Shown here in pieces: positions 41,101-53,494 of a stretch of 64,000 nucleotides of DNA (positions within the stretch are counted from its first letter, which is position 1; every line of letters begins with the position of its first letter). Under the pieces are notes generated by a model. That model made no database searches, was not told the origin of the DNA, and saw only the letters and a list, made by a program, of their open reading frames with translations. The stretch is from Azolla caroliniana (taxonomy: Eukaryota; Plantae; Polypodiophyta): contig JBHGNT010000002.1 of the NCBI GenBank assembly GCA_043228905.1, positions 4,030,001 to 4,094,000 on the forward strand. Reading direction: 5' to 3'. A program made the translations under genes and the position numbers.

Positions 41101-42282
41101 CAGAAAGAGAAAAAAATGGGAATGAAGCAACCACATAATACCTCCAATATTGCATATATTGCAGAAAAAAAGGAACAAATAGACCGTAGAATTGCTTAAA
41201 TGACACACAGAATTGCTCTTTTGTGGGTTGACTGGGAATGTTTGGGAAATAAGAAAACTTGAGCATTTCATATTCTCGAGTTATTCTCTCAGCGATGGGG
41301 TACATTTAAGGAGTAAATGACTAAATGCCACATAATTGGTAAATATGCATCATTGTGCTTGTTTGATCAAATCAATCAATGCTGAGACTGCTTTGCATGC
41401 TCATTTAATTCAAAATGGACATTTTGTAACTCCAGAAAATACTAACACTCAAAAGGACATTTTGTAAGATTATATCTCCATATATCAGAAGGAGCCAAAT
41501 AGACATACTTTTGCTACTAACCTAGAGGAGCACATTCATGGATTACCCTTTCTGTGTTGACATGTAGACCAGCTACTAAGTCGTTGATATGTGATACAAG
41601 GTTGCTTTTGCTCTCAGTTACAAAATCACACCAATAAATTCGCATTATATACCTGCAAATTGTTCGTGCTTCTATGATTATCCTAAGAGAAAACGTTTTG
41701 ATTTCTTTATACCTAATAACACATTACAGCACTTCATCTTACCCTCTTAGGAAACAGCCCATGATATGATCTGTGAATTCTGTTGGAGTCATTTTACAGT
41801 TTTGAAGTAGCACAAGACTTGAACCATTATAATCAGAATTGCCTGAGCCAAGCTCCGTAGCATTATCACAAAAACCTCTTTTAGAAGGGAATGCCTGTAT
41901 TACAAAATAAAATTTTGCATTATATGCTTATATCCAATTATTATAAGGCCAACCAAAGTACAGACAGGAAAGACTCTGACATACCCCTATGGTTTATTTT
42001 GTTCTCCAAATTCCCCTAAGCTCTCGTTATACCCGAAATGCCCCAGTTCAAACCCCCCAAAGGAGATAAAAACGGAATGACTTGACAATCAGATATAAGT
42101 GCTCAAAGACACATCAAAAAGGAGATGAAATATCCATATTCCCACCTTGCCACCAATTTTCTCTTAGAGAAAACTAAAATCTAGAATATCATTCAAATTT
42201 TGGAAAGCATGGAAATAGGTGATACGAGAATACATGATAAATGTAAGAGATGATACTAGTCATTAGGTTGACTACCTTATGA

Positions 42283-42322
<40 letters not shown>

Positions 42323-42639
42323 TAGTATGTATTCTAGTTCCAGTTTTTTACTACTTATGTCCATTTGTTGACCTCCTGTTTTATGCTCTATGATGAGGAA
42401 TCCATGCAATATATAATCATGGTTGTGGACTCAAGGCACCTTAGATAGATACATCTAGAGCAGCACCAAAATAGTATGAAACCAGCAGTATAATGAGAAT
42501 CTTTTATTGGTTGATTAAGGGAATTTCAAGGTCATGTGATTGGATATTGGAGGTTTATTCAATATGTTTGTAGACCTCATATTGGTGTGTGCAGTTCAGG
42601 TAACAAAGGAATGGAGAATGTGAGTATAACTTATATTGC

Positions 42640-42678
<39 letters not shown>

Positions 42679-43101
42679 TCATTGTTTGGACTTCAATATT
42701 ACTTTAACGCTTTTCTGGGAAACCTCTGATTTTTTCTCCATTTCCCCAGATGCCCCTCAATTTTCGTTGTATCCCTAGATGCCCTTGCTCAACCCCCTCT
42801 CAGGAAGTTGTACGTGCTATTTGAACAAAAATACCTTTGTTGGTCAAAATATTATTTCCATGCTCATAAGCACGTGCATTGTCATGCATTTACAGTAATA
42901 AATAAATAAAACTCTTAAAACTTGTATATTTACTTTTCCGAGTTCAGTACATTCTTCGCACAAAAACTGTATGATGATCATCATCATCATCATCCTCGTG
43001 AAGATGAAGAAGCATACCTGGAGATGAAGAGAGGTTGCGTAGAGGAGAAGACGATGAGCTGCAGGTTGTGAGGCCGCTTGCAGGATTACGTCTCTGCCCA
43101 T
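38140..43101 (-). CDS. RlmM/YgdE-like (FtsJ/RrmJ-fold) SAM-dependent RNA 2'-O-methyltransferase, 7 exons, ~362 aa
   Basis: Exons 43101..43018, 41894..41743, 41652..41547, 40843..40531, 40426..40293, 38766..38591 and 38263..38140 are all GT-AG with consistent phases (1089 nt, no stops). Motifs ARACAKLDE, VLDVGAAPGAWT, VVAVDPG, DLLVCDM, LKPGG..ITLK and WLLANSIYER give the K-D-K-E tetrad. The two N-terminal exons are less certain. Confidence 0.85.
39090..39543 (+). mobile_element. Solo LTR (454 bp) in an intron of the methyltransferase gene
   Basis: Termini TGTTA...TAACA, 5-bp TSD CAAGT at 39085-39089 and 39544-39548, TATAAAT at 39269; no internal retroelement sequence. Confidence 0.9.
39950..40020 (+). 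mobile_element. tRNA-derived (SINE head or tRNA pseudogene) remnant
   Basis: A-box-like TAACTCAATTGGGTAGAGC and B-box-like GGTCATCTGTTCAATCCC at tRNA spacing; no full cloverleaf. Confidence 0.45.
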
Positions 43102-43134
43102 GTCTCTCAGAGAGAGAGAGAGACCAGTAGTACC

Positions 43135-43152
43135 TAAACCCTAAACCCTAAA
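43135..43152. promoter_or_regulatory. Tandem telo-boxes (AAACCCTA x2) just upstream of the methyltransferase ATG
   Basis: taaaccctaaaccctaaa lies ~35 bp from the ATG. Telo-boxes are known from promoters of plant translation and ribosome-biogenesis genes. Confidence 0.45.
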
Positions 43153-43833
43153 TAACAAAAGAGAGAGAGACAGACACAGAGAATCCATTAGTAGGAGAGA
43201 AGGGAATCATCGTTCGTTGATCTGAGAGAAGAAAAGAACAAACCCTCTCCAGGAATACCCTCGCCAGTTTTCTTTATTTCTACACGCTGCCCCTCGCCTT
43301 TTCCTCCTCATCTCTTCAAATTTTCAATTTTTGGGGGCATTTTTTATGAAAATTAAAATTAGCTCCTTAAGTGTGAGTCTGTAACCTAAAACTAAAATTT
43401 AGGAGCGCAATTGTCAAAACACTTTTTGATTGAGTCTCGGATTCCCAACATTGAGATTCAAAGACACTTGTCGTGTCACGAATATATAATTGTTGGAAAA
43501 GCACTAGACAAAATCAAAATGCTGACAAGTTAGAACTCAAAACTACCGTGTATAGTTGACCGTATGTATCATCATTGTTCACAATTCTCATTGTAGTAAC
43601 AAGAAGAGGTTAACTTCATTGCTCTAAGATGGATACAGATGTGCAGTTTAGGGTTTAGGGTTTGGTATAAAGAAGGGCATTTACACGAATGTTTTGAATG
43701 CCTTGTGAGAGTCCAACCCTAACTAGAGAGAGAAGCAATGGCGATGAATAATTCTACACATCCACCGCCTGATCAAGTCCTTGCCATTGATTTGTATTCC
43801 TAACACAAACAAGCAAAATGTAACTTCTTGAAC

Positions 43834-44827
43834 CTAATTGTATTTGGCCAACCTATCTGATCTCCAAGGTGCATCAATCTTAAGTTGTCCCCGCTATTAT
43901 TGTTTTGCAATTAAAAATAGTTTAAATGAATAAATAACACTCGCACAAACTTCACTAGATTGAACATTTCGAACAATTTGAAAGCTGAGTTTACCATGCA
44001 CAAACCCACTAAATTCTAACAATAATTTCCCAAACATTAATAAGCCAAAATCCACCAAATTCTTGCAAATCCAACTATAGATAATGTTTAAGAAAATGGT
44101 CATATGCTTGAGCCACGATTACCTTCAAAAGAAGTGCATTGCATGATGACTCCCTGATTGCCATAAGTACTCTCTGCCCACAAATAGAGAAAGATAATAT
44201 AGGTAAACTTTTGAAAGAAGTAATATAAAAAGGGAAATGCAAAAACTAGAACTTGTAACACCAATGGAAGGTTTATAAAGCCTCTTATAGAAATTAATAT
44301 GGTGTCTATTCAAAGTGCATGAACAATAGACATAGATTTACCGTTACTATGGAATACGAATGGGCATATTATTATTTATATTATTTACTGGATGAAATAT
44401 TACTAGAAATATTATTCAATAGTAAACGGTTTACCTTCGAATGATGGTAAACCTCGGACCCCATCTACATAGCATCCCCAAACGAAGAAACACCAACTGG
44501 GAGAATCATAAATTCCTACATTACATAATTAGTGTTTTTATGAAAACATTCAATAAAATCAAATGTAATCCATACAAATTGATGAAGTCTATATACATAA
44601 TAATTTGACTCCACCAAGAATACGATCAAGTCCATTGAATGAGCAGTGAAATCTACGAGCACTAAGAATGGCATCTTTCACGACAAATAGCTAAGGGAAA
44701 AATAATTTAATGATATGGCGTTTTTAAACAAAAGAAATGATACTATTCTATCAAAAAAATAGTTAAAAAAGAATTATACCTTGCCAATCAATGTTGGCCC
44801 AATGATATCAGTCACATTGCTCACAGC
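43834..44827 (-). pseudogene. ENO: Enolase pseudogene fragment (unprocessed, retains intron borders)
   Basis: Exon remnants 44827..44780 AVSNVTDIIGPTLIGK, 44515..44435 EFMILPVGVSSFGDAM*MGSEVYHHSK, 44173..44123 RVLMAIRESSCNALLLK and 43890..43834 GQLKIDAPWRSDRLAKYN* match plant cytosolic enolase exons, mostly with AG/GT borders; two in-frame stops. Confidence 0.9.
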
Positions 44828-44999
44828 CTGAAAGGACAAAGCTAGAAATTTAGCTTTAAAACAAAAACACAGATTGCATGTCACCTTGACATAGATTATG
44901 ATCTCAAGTTAACAATGAGATCATTTTAAATATTTTGGGTGAAAGATGAACAAAGGCTAAAAAGAGCTCATACATGAAAACTACATTTACACATCTAAA

Positions 45000-45050
45000 T
45001 TTGGGATCATTCCATAATGGGGGGCCAAAAAAAGCCACATCGCCGAAGTT
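45000..45050 (-). mobile_element. Short LINE 3'-terminal remnant
   Basis: tccataatggggggccaaaaaaagccac resembles 8824-8852 (RWLFxPPIME motif). Confidence 0.45.
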
Positions 45051-45656
45051 TTATTTTACAATTCAATTGATATTAGATTATCAAAGTTTTGCAAGAGTAA
45101 CATTATGATCGATGGTTTGTGTTATTTGGCAATTACAAGGTGAATTAATATTGGTTTCTTTGTTTTGGGGTTGAACGTGGGCACTTTATAGGAGGTAATG
45201 ATGGCTTAGGGATACATTATTGATATTAGGAACCATTGGATAATGCAACACATTGGCTTTTGAGCCAACAACCACATGTCCAAATAATTAAATCTTCATG
45301 TATGAGCATAATATGGCATCAATCTCAAGTATTATCTAAAATTAAATTTCCAAAATCCATTTATCTCCCAAACTAGTGATTTGTCAATATTGCCATCTAA
45401 GTACTGAAGTTTCGAGTAGCATCATAGGTGACAGTTGACAATGTTCACAACAGAAGTTTAAAATAATCAAGGGTTTGAAAGAAACAAGGTTAATTCTAAA
45501 AAATATTGGATGATGCATCACTTCTAGTAGGAAAGAAATCAAGCATGGCCATTAGTGAGTCCCACACTTGAATATATACATGAATGTTCCTTTATCAAAT
45601 TAAGTAGGATAATCCCCTCCAAATAAGTAGGAGATTTAATACACAAATACTCCTTT

Positions 45657-46133
45657 ATCAAATCAAGCAAGAGTATTGTCTTCAAAAAAATGAATCAATC
45701 ACATGGCTTATGATAGGAAGGAATCAAAATGTGGCCAAGAAGGTCAATGGCAAGACTCAAAATTGAAATGCACATGAAACAACACTTATAACATTAATAT
45801 TCACTTACAACACTTATAACATCAAATCAAGCAAGAGTATTGTCTTCAACAAAGTGAATCAAGCACATGGCTTATGATAGGAAGGAATCAAAATGTGGCC
45901 AAGAAGGTCAATGGCAAGACTCAAAATTGAAATGCACATGAAACAACACTTATAACATTAATATTCACTTACAACACTTATAACATCAAATCAAGCAAGA
46001 GTATTGTCTTCAACAAAGTGAATCAAGCACATGGCTTGTGATAGGAAGGAATCAAAATGTGGCCAAGAAGGTCAATGGCAAGACTCAAAATTGAAATGCA
46101 CACGAAACAACACTTATAACATTAATATTCACC
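45657..46133. repeat. 164-bp tandem repeat, ~3 copies
   Basis: atcaaatcaagcaagagtattgtcttcaa... at 45657, 45821 and 45985. Confidence 0.95.
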
Positions 46134-46694
46134 TTAACTAGATTCATCTAAAAAATTCAATGCCCAAGTAGTCCAGAGGACAACTAGAAAAGTGTTACAA
46201 AGGTATGTCATAGAAATGTTCTTCAATACATAGTTTGGTAACTGGTTACTACTCAACACATTACATGATACGTCCATAAAATGATTGGTTCTAGATCTTT
46301 ACAATCACTAATACAATTGATGATATATACATTTATGCGCGCATGTGCTCATACACACACACACACACACACAAACTACTTCATTGTATTCAAAGATATT
46401 GTAGAATGCCCTATAAGGTTCATCGCCCCTTATGCTATTTTCATTCAATACCAATCAATACCAAAAATAAGATTGGATGATGTCTTTCTCATGAGAGTTG
46501 ACAAAGCTACATGCATCGAATTTGGACATGCATGAAATTGATGTATCTATCAACAGTAACGAATCTTTTCAAAGATGCAGGAAAAATTTACTCTGTCGCA
46601 AAGTGTGTATATTTTCACTTCATTTTGAAGCCCGAGAAATCGAGTCATTGGTCAGATGGGGTACTTACTTTCCCTTATGTTTCTTGCCTATCCA

Positions 46695-46862
46695 ACAACA
46701 TTTTGGGAATATAACGAAATACAAGGGCATTCTCGGATATAACAAAAACACAAGGGCATTTTGGGAAATAAGAGAAATACAAGGACATTCTAGGAAATAA
46801 CAAAAATGCAAGGGCATTCTGGGAAATAACAAAATTAATTACAAGGGCATTCTGGGAAATAG
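46695..46862. repeat. ~31-bp tandem repeat (ACAAGGGCATTCTGGGAAATAAC-like), 5-6 copies, upstream of the coiled-coil gene
   Basis: caagggcatt(c/t)tgggaaata core at ~46722, 46751, 46780, 46809 and 46842. Confidence 0.85.
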
Positions 46863-46891
46863 CGATATCGGAGAGGTTGTATTTTGAAATC

Positions 46892-46923
<32 letters not shown>

Positions 46924-47018
46924 CGTTCAAAGACGTGAAAGCATTTGGAGATGTACACAATGCCGTGTTCGGCCTCGTCGTTAATATAGCGATCTCTCTC
47001 TCTCTCTCGGTCGTGGCT

Positions 47019-50000
47019 ATGGCGGAACAACAGAAGCTCATCTCTCTCCTTCAAATATACTCCAATGAGCGTCTTGAAGGAGGTAAAAAAACGAAAAACT
47101 TTCATTTTCCTTCGCAAATTATATGTTTTTCTTCACTATAGTCGTATGCCTTCAGATTCTTTCAGATTAGCTCACATTTCAGCTTTAATTTATTTCTTTC
47201 AAATCTCTTCTACACTTTGAAATTCCTAAGTTCACTTGTGTAGCAAGAACTTGCTCTTCCAATTCTTTTTCGAATGGTCAGTTCTTTGATGAATATTATT
47301 GCATTCTGGACAATCTATTTGCAAGGTGCCATGGATCAAAGGACAACAGCAATGAATATTTATTGTATTTCACAAGGAAGAATATACCACTTGTCTCATC
47401 TGATTGTCTTGATCAGTTATAAAGATGATGGAAAGTTTGTAATTTTTGAGGCCTTTGGAAATCCTAATCTCTTGATCAAAAGTGAAGAATGGAAAGCCTT
47501 TTTGTATGAGATCACGCAGAAGCTTTGTTACATATGAAGAGAATATATTGTTTTCCATCTGTTGCGCGAACACTGTTCTGCTGTTCTTTGAAAAATTGGA
47601 AAGAGCAAGAAAAATAAAAAATAAAAATCTAATAAATATATAGACTCGTAAAATGATATATAAATTTAAATATAGAGCGTGCCGTGGAAGAATTTAAGGG
47701 ACAGAATGCTGCGTTGGACGTGGATCTTGAAAAGGCCAGAAAAGTGTTTGAAGAAGCAAAATGTAAGAAGAAATCTGCTGAAGAGCATCTGAAAGAACTT
47801 CAAATTGATCTAGCTTCTACAGAAGCTGCACTCAAAAGCAGACAGGTGAACATGAACAATGAATAAAACTTAAAAATTATGAAAAGAAAAAACAAGCTAT
47901 TTGTTTTAAAGAAATTAGGGTGACATGAATATATTGTTTGTCTGTGAATATCTTCACTTCCCTTGTGATCGAGTGTGAATTTTGAAACAAGGCAAATGTA
48001 ATTGCCTTGTTTCAAAATTGAAGCAAATGTATCATTACGTTTGCTGGAATGTCTTTAATACATGATCTTGAGAGAGAGAGACAGGCAGACAGACAGAGAC
48101 AGAGATTTTGTGAAATTGAAGCTCACTGTTTAGTAATTTGCACTAATAATATTAGCAAACCTTTGAATTTTGAGATGGAAGCTCGATGACTGGTAGTTGC
48201 ACTAAGAATATTAGAAGCACACCTTCAAATTTTGTGAGATTGAAGCTCTATGTTTACTCATAAATCGGAATGAAAATAGAAATACATCAAAATTTTGAGA
48301 TATTTGGCGTAATAACTTGAAAGTGAAGGTAAAAACAATCCTAAAATTTAAAAAGTTTTCAAAGGAAGCTTCAAACGTTTCTGGAAATTCAAAAATCTCT
48401 TAGTTCTAACGATTAACCTCAACAAAACTTTAGTAGCTGAACGCATGCTTTGGTGGTAGAACTCTTTCCTTTTGGGAATCCCTGGATTGTACTGTGAACA
48501 TTCAAGCAAGATTCTCAAAAAAGACCTAATAATTTTTGGCATTCTTTTTGTGAATAAAACAAAGAAAACCATTATATGTGCTTGCCTCATAATCATAATA
48601 CAGGCTAGAGTTCAGACTCAGCAAGAAGAGATGGCCAAGGCAACAAAAGAAGCCACAGCTTTAGAGGTATAGATGATGATAGCTCTCTACTACATTTCAG
48701 ATCAAGCCTTGGTCCTAAATATATCTTCATTATCTCTTCAAATTTTCTGACTTTAGGATTTTGCTTGGAAGTAAATACAAACAAATAAACTTATAGATTC
48801 TTCTTTCTTATATGCCTCCCCCCCTTGACGTGAGGATTTTGCTTAGCAGTAAATACAAACAAACTAACCCATAGATTCTTGTTTCTAACATGCCATGGTT
48901 TTTCCTATCAGAAAGAAGAACAAAACTACAGGTATTCTCAGTCTTTCAAGTTACATTGAGTGACATAATTATCTTAACTTTTCATCGCCACAAATTTTGA
49001 TGAAAGTTAGACTCAGACTGGATATGATATCAGGGAAAAGTTTATAAAGGAAATGCTGGACTTCAATGAAAGAATGAGGTTTGGATCTTCTTATGATTTT
49101 ATTTTCTTGCATATTCAAAATAATCCTTTGAAAAGCTTGAAGGTGAAGGGATTCGATATCTCCAAAATTTAAAGATGTTTTAGAGTAAATACCTTAAGAT
49201 GTTGAGATATTTGTTATAAATGCTCTTAACAAATCTAGGTTAAGGTTTACTATCTTCATATATTTTTCCCATACTGCACTGTTCAGAGTGAGATAAAGCC
49301 TTTTCTTTCTAGAATGATTGTTTATTTCTCTTCCAACAGGAATATGAGGCATTACTATTCTGAAAGCAACCTCAAGTCTTTACTTGAAGAGAAGTCAGCA
49401 AAAATCTCATTTGCCAATGGTAGTACGATTTTACAGATTTGTTAGAACTAATTCCTACAGTTTTGTTATCTCAACTCCTACAATTGTATTATCTATATCG
49501 ATCATTGATTTCATTGCTATGCAACAAATCTTTACAAATTTAATGCCTATACTGATCACACTTATTCCATTACAATATAAACTAATTCCTATAATTTTGT
49601 TCTCCATTCACTGGAGAAGAAGCGGACAAAATATTGAGTCAGGAAGATAACTTCACAGATTTATGCATTGAAAACATGAGAAACGAAGAGAAGGTGTTGC
49701 TAAACAGATATGATGAGGTGCGTCTCTTCTTCTTCACATTTTTCTCAGATATATGTTATTTCCTGTGAGAAAGAAATTGACAGTACTTGGCTCGTCTATC
49801 AGATTATCAATACATATTGATTTGTTTCATATGATAAACCGAAGAAAGAAAGAATGTATTGATTTGTTTGTGATCATTGTTTCTTTTTCAGGTCGTGAAG
49901 AAGAAGCAAGAAATGGAACAGAGAATTATTCTGATGGAAGCCATTGCTCATGCAACACAAGCACTGCAGGAAACATCTGAATATCCTTTTCCATGTTGAT

Positions 50001-50218
50001 ATTAGCAAGTGTTAAGAAACAGCAATAACAATTTTTAATCACTCTAATTTAATTATCCTTGCAAGAGTTTCTTTGACCAAATCGATAAAACCCAGGCAAA
50101 CCAACTCGAATCTTTATATGCTTCATCAAGCAACAGGTTAGAGAACACTTGTGTGTGCCTGCAATGTGGAAAGAACAATATTGACATGATTGAGAGTGGA
50201 GAAAGCGGAGAAACGTAG
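47019..50218 (+). CDS. Uncharacterised coiled-coil protein with C-terminal CxCxxC, similar from memory to Arabidopsis At3g28370; ~9 exons
   Basis: Exons 47019..47082, 47676..47845, 48604..48666, 48912..48931, 49034..49078, 49340..49419, ~49616..49717, 49892..49980 and 50092..50218: MAEQQKLISLLQIYSNERLEGERAVEE...LMEAIAHATQALQETSDQANQLE...NTCVCLQCGKNNI. The last intron is AT-AC. The middle exon borders are less certain. Confidence 0.78.
49981..50091 (+). other. U12-type AT-AC intron
   Basis: 5' ATATCCTTTT, branch-site-like TTCTTTGAC at ~50069, 3' AC; removal restores the frame (GA|C). Confidence 0.9.
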
Positions 50219-50254
50219 AATAGGAGAAATATTTAGTTAATACATATATGTATG

Positions 50255-50775
50255 TATATATGTATCATAAAATTATGGTATATTGGTTCATCAGTTAAAG
50301 GATAACAGAAAAAACCCATGTTAATGTAATCATAAAATAGAGTAAGAGATTTATGACATGTTTCACTATATATGTATCATAAAATTATGGTATATTGGTT
50401 CATCAGTTAAAGGATAACAGAAAAACCCATGTTAATGTAATCATAAAATAAAGTAAGAGATTTATGACATGTTTCACTATATCTCACCAAATTATATCAT
50501 ACATAATCAAAAGGGTTTAGAAGTTTATAGCACAAGTTGCCTGGTTAAGGTGAAATTTTCCTGGATTGGTTAACTAGACAAAAGGATGCAAGGAGAAGAA
50601 TAAATTCTGTGAATTAAAATAAAATTTCCTGGTTTAGATGTTGATAGCACAAGTTACCTGGTTGGTTTAGAAGTTGATAGCACAAGTTACCTGGTTAGTA
50701 TGAAATTTTCCTGGATTGGTTAACTAGACAAAAGGATGAAATAAGAAGAATAAATAATGTGAATTAAAATAATAT
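50255..50775. repeat. Two local tandem duplications in the 3' flank (112-bp and ~150-bp periods)
   Basis: tatatatgtatcataaaattatgg at 50255 and 50367; gtttagaagtt..atagcacaagtt..ctggtt at ~50515 and ~50665. Confidence 0.85.
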
Positions 50776-52234
50776 AGAGCTAAGACGAAGGATCAAAAGA
50801 AATACATGTGAATTGTATTGACAAAAACAATATAGAGGCAAGCAAATTGTTATCTTACCAAATCATATAAATACACGACCAGAGGTTTTCAGAAGTTTAA
50901 CACAATTATATATATGGCAAGAGTGAAGTTTCTAGATTGATGAATAAAGAAAAACGGATCAAAAATTTGTATATCCCATGAATATAGTCTATTATTCTCA
51001 TATGGTTCTAATGGTATTTCCGTTTTTGATTGGAAAGCACCTCCATTCTTATATAGCCGTAAGTTCCTCTATATATCAAGTTTTACATGTTCATATCCAA
51101 GGTAGGTGTTAAACACATCTAGCTAACTAATGTATCTTTTGAGTGATTGGTTGGTTTATCTTTTAGCTTTTATGTTCTTTATTATAAACCTCCTTTGCTT
51201 CATCCCCAATTGATTTGAGCATACAATGCCTTTGGCACCTTGCTTGAATGAGATGAGTCTTCCGATACTTGACTTTTGACTTCGGGCTCAATCCTCAATC
51301 ATAAATACGTCGGGCTTCTTAGGCTTTGACCTCATTGTTCAGCTACATTCTTGGTATTTTGTGGTTTATTGCACCTAACTACATGATAACATACCATATT
51401 GGGCACCTTGCATACATTTGATTGTACAAGCCTCAAACTTTTCCATTTGTGCTACTTGGTAAGGTGCCATGACTCCACAACATTTCATTGTTCTTGTTTT
51501 CCTCCACTCTAACACTTTGGTCTTCCATATTGCAACATGTCACATTGTCACTACCTTAACCATAGAATCCATCATGTTTATATCTAGTAATCAAGAATAC
51601 TATTTGCTAGATTTGTTAATGTGTCTATGAAGTTATGGATCGTTTGCCTTTATGAATGCACAAACAAGGAATTACATTTCTATAGTCAAAAACTCTACAA
51701 AGGCATATTAAAATTGTGCATTGCCAATAATGTAGATTGTTGAATAGAATAATAACAAGATACATCAAAATATCCCAAACATTTTGAGAGTTTGCCAAAA
51801 CATTATAATTTCTTTAAAATGACCATATATTGCATGATTGTAAAAGTTTTGTACTTCATATGGATATGCTAGTAAACTTTGAGAAGCTGAGTTAATAGTG
51901 ATGGCTTTTGAGCACATGCTACAAAACTGAAAGCACATTATGAAACCATGGTTATGTTATGGTAAAGCTTGAGCTTTGCAATAGAAGGCCATGAGTGGAG
52001 TTGCGGGGAAAAATGGAAAGTGTATAGTGTATGTGTTTACTCAATTGAAAAGAAATAATATCATTGACCTTTAAAGGCAATGCTAAAAAAAATGGGAATG
52101 TATACAAGCAAAAGGGAAAAAATCTTTGATCAAATACTAATGACAACATTGCTCTTTAAAAAGGCAACTTCAACAAATGGGGAGGAGCTATATCAATAAC
52201 CAATTGAGAGAGAACGATACTAATGTCTAACCAA

Positions 52235-52560
52235 CACACACACACACACACACACACACAAGAATAAAAAAAACAAAAATAAAAATAGAAAAATGAGAAA
52301 TAAAATTATAAAATTATAAAACAAATAAAATTAGAAAAATGAAAAATAAAATTATAAAAAAATAAAATTATAAAAAAATAAAAAATGAAAAATAAAAAAT
52401 GAAAAATAAAAATTTAAAAAATAAAAAATAGAAACAAATAAAAATAGAAAATGAAAAATAAAATAAAATAAATAGAAAATGGAAAATAAAAAAAAATAAA
52501 AATAAAAATAAAAATAAAAATGATGCTTCTGCTGATGATAATAATAATAATAATAATATG
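52235..52560. repeat. (CA)n plus A-rich low-complexity tract upstream of MAEA
   Basis: AAAAT-type degenerate repeats; the overlapping Phe/Ile-rich ORFs are noise. Confidence 0.85.
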
Positions 52561-53494
52561 TTTAGAAGAAAAGGAATTGAAAACGAGAAACGGAGAGAGC
52601 AGCATTTGCATAACAAACAAACAGTGAGTTGCAGAGACGAATCCTTCGATCGACTCACACGAATACAGACCGCCGCAGCGCAAACCCTAATTCTCTGCGC
52701 ACGTCCACCCATCCATGGCTTCATCCAGCGGCTGAAGAAAGAACGAAGAAGAAGAAGAAGAAGAAGAAGAGGAATTTGTCTCCTCTACTACTTCTCCTCC
52801 TCCTTATTCTTCTTCTCCTTTGTGAGAAGCTCGCCATAGCCGAGATTTACACAGTTAAGTATATCCTTCTCTCTCTCTCTCTCTATGTCTGCTCCTTTAT
52901 GTCTTTTCGTTTCTTTTCAACCCCCGCAAATGAAATCTGACCAATCCTAAGACTACACAGACATACACTGCATCTTGTTCTTCTTTCGGAGTCATCATCA
53001 CTGAGATTTACACGCAGTAAGTGTTTCCTTTCCCTCTATCTCTCTGTTCCTGTCTCTCTGCGGTTTCATTTCATCTTTTCTCGATAAAAGAATCCTGGAA
53101 AGCCTGCATTATGCACAGAAATTGTGAAGGATAAAAGCTTCTCCATCATCATCATCTTCTGTACAAGAAGCTCAGCCATTGTCGACATTTATATGCAGTA
53201 AGTATATTCGTATTCTTCTCCTCCCGTTCTCTTTGCAGATAGAACTAATCACAAAGAACCCCAATTGTGCACAGGAATTGTCGGATCTGTGAAGAATCTG
53301 CTTTATTCTTCTTAAGAATTTCAGCCATAGCAGATACACAGTAAGGATATCTTTTTCTCCTCCATTGTTTCTTTGGCTTCTTTCTATAAAAAACCTAAAT
53401 TCTGCAAGAAGCTCCGCCGTACCTGAGATTTGTACAGAGAACTTATGTCCATCTTCTTGTGTGCAAGAAGGTCAGCAGTAACAATTTTCCCGTG

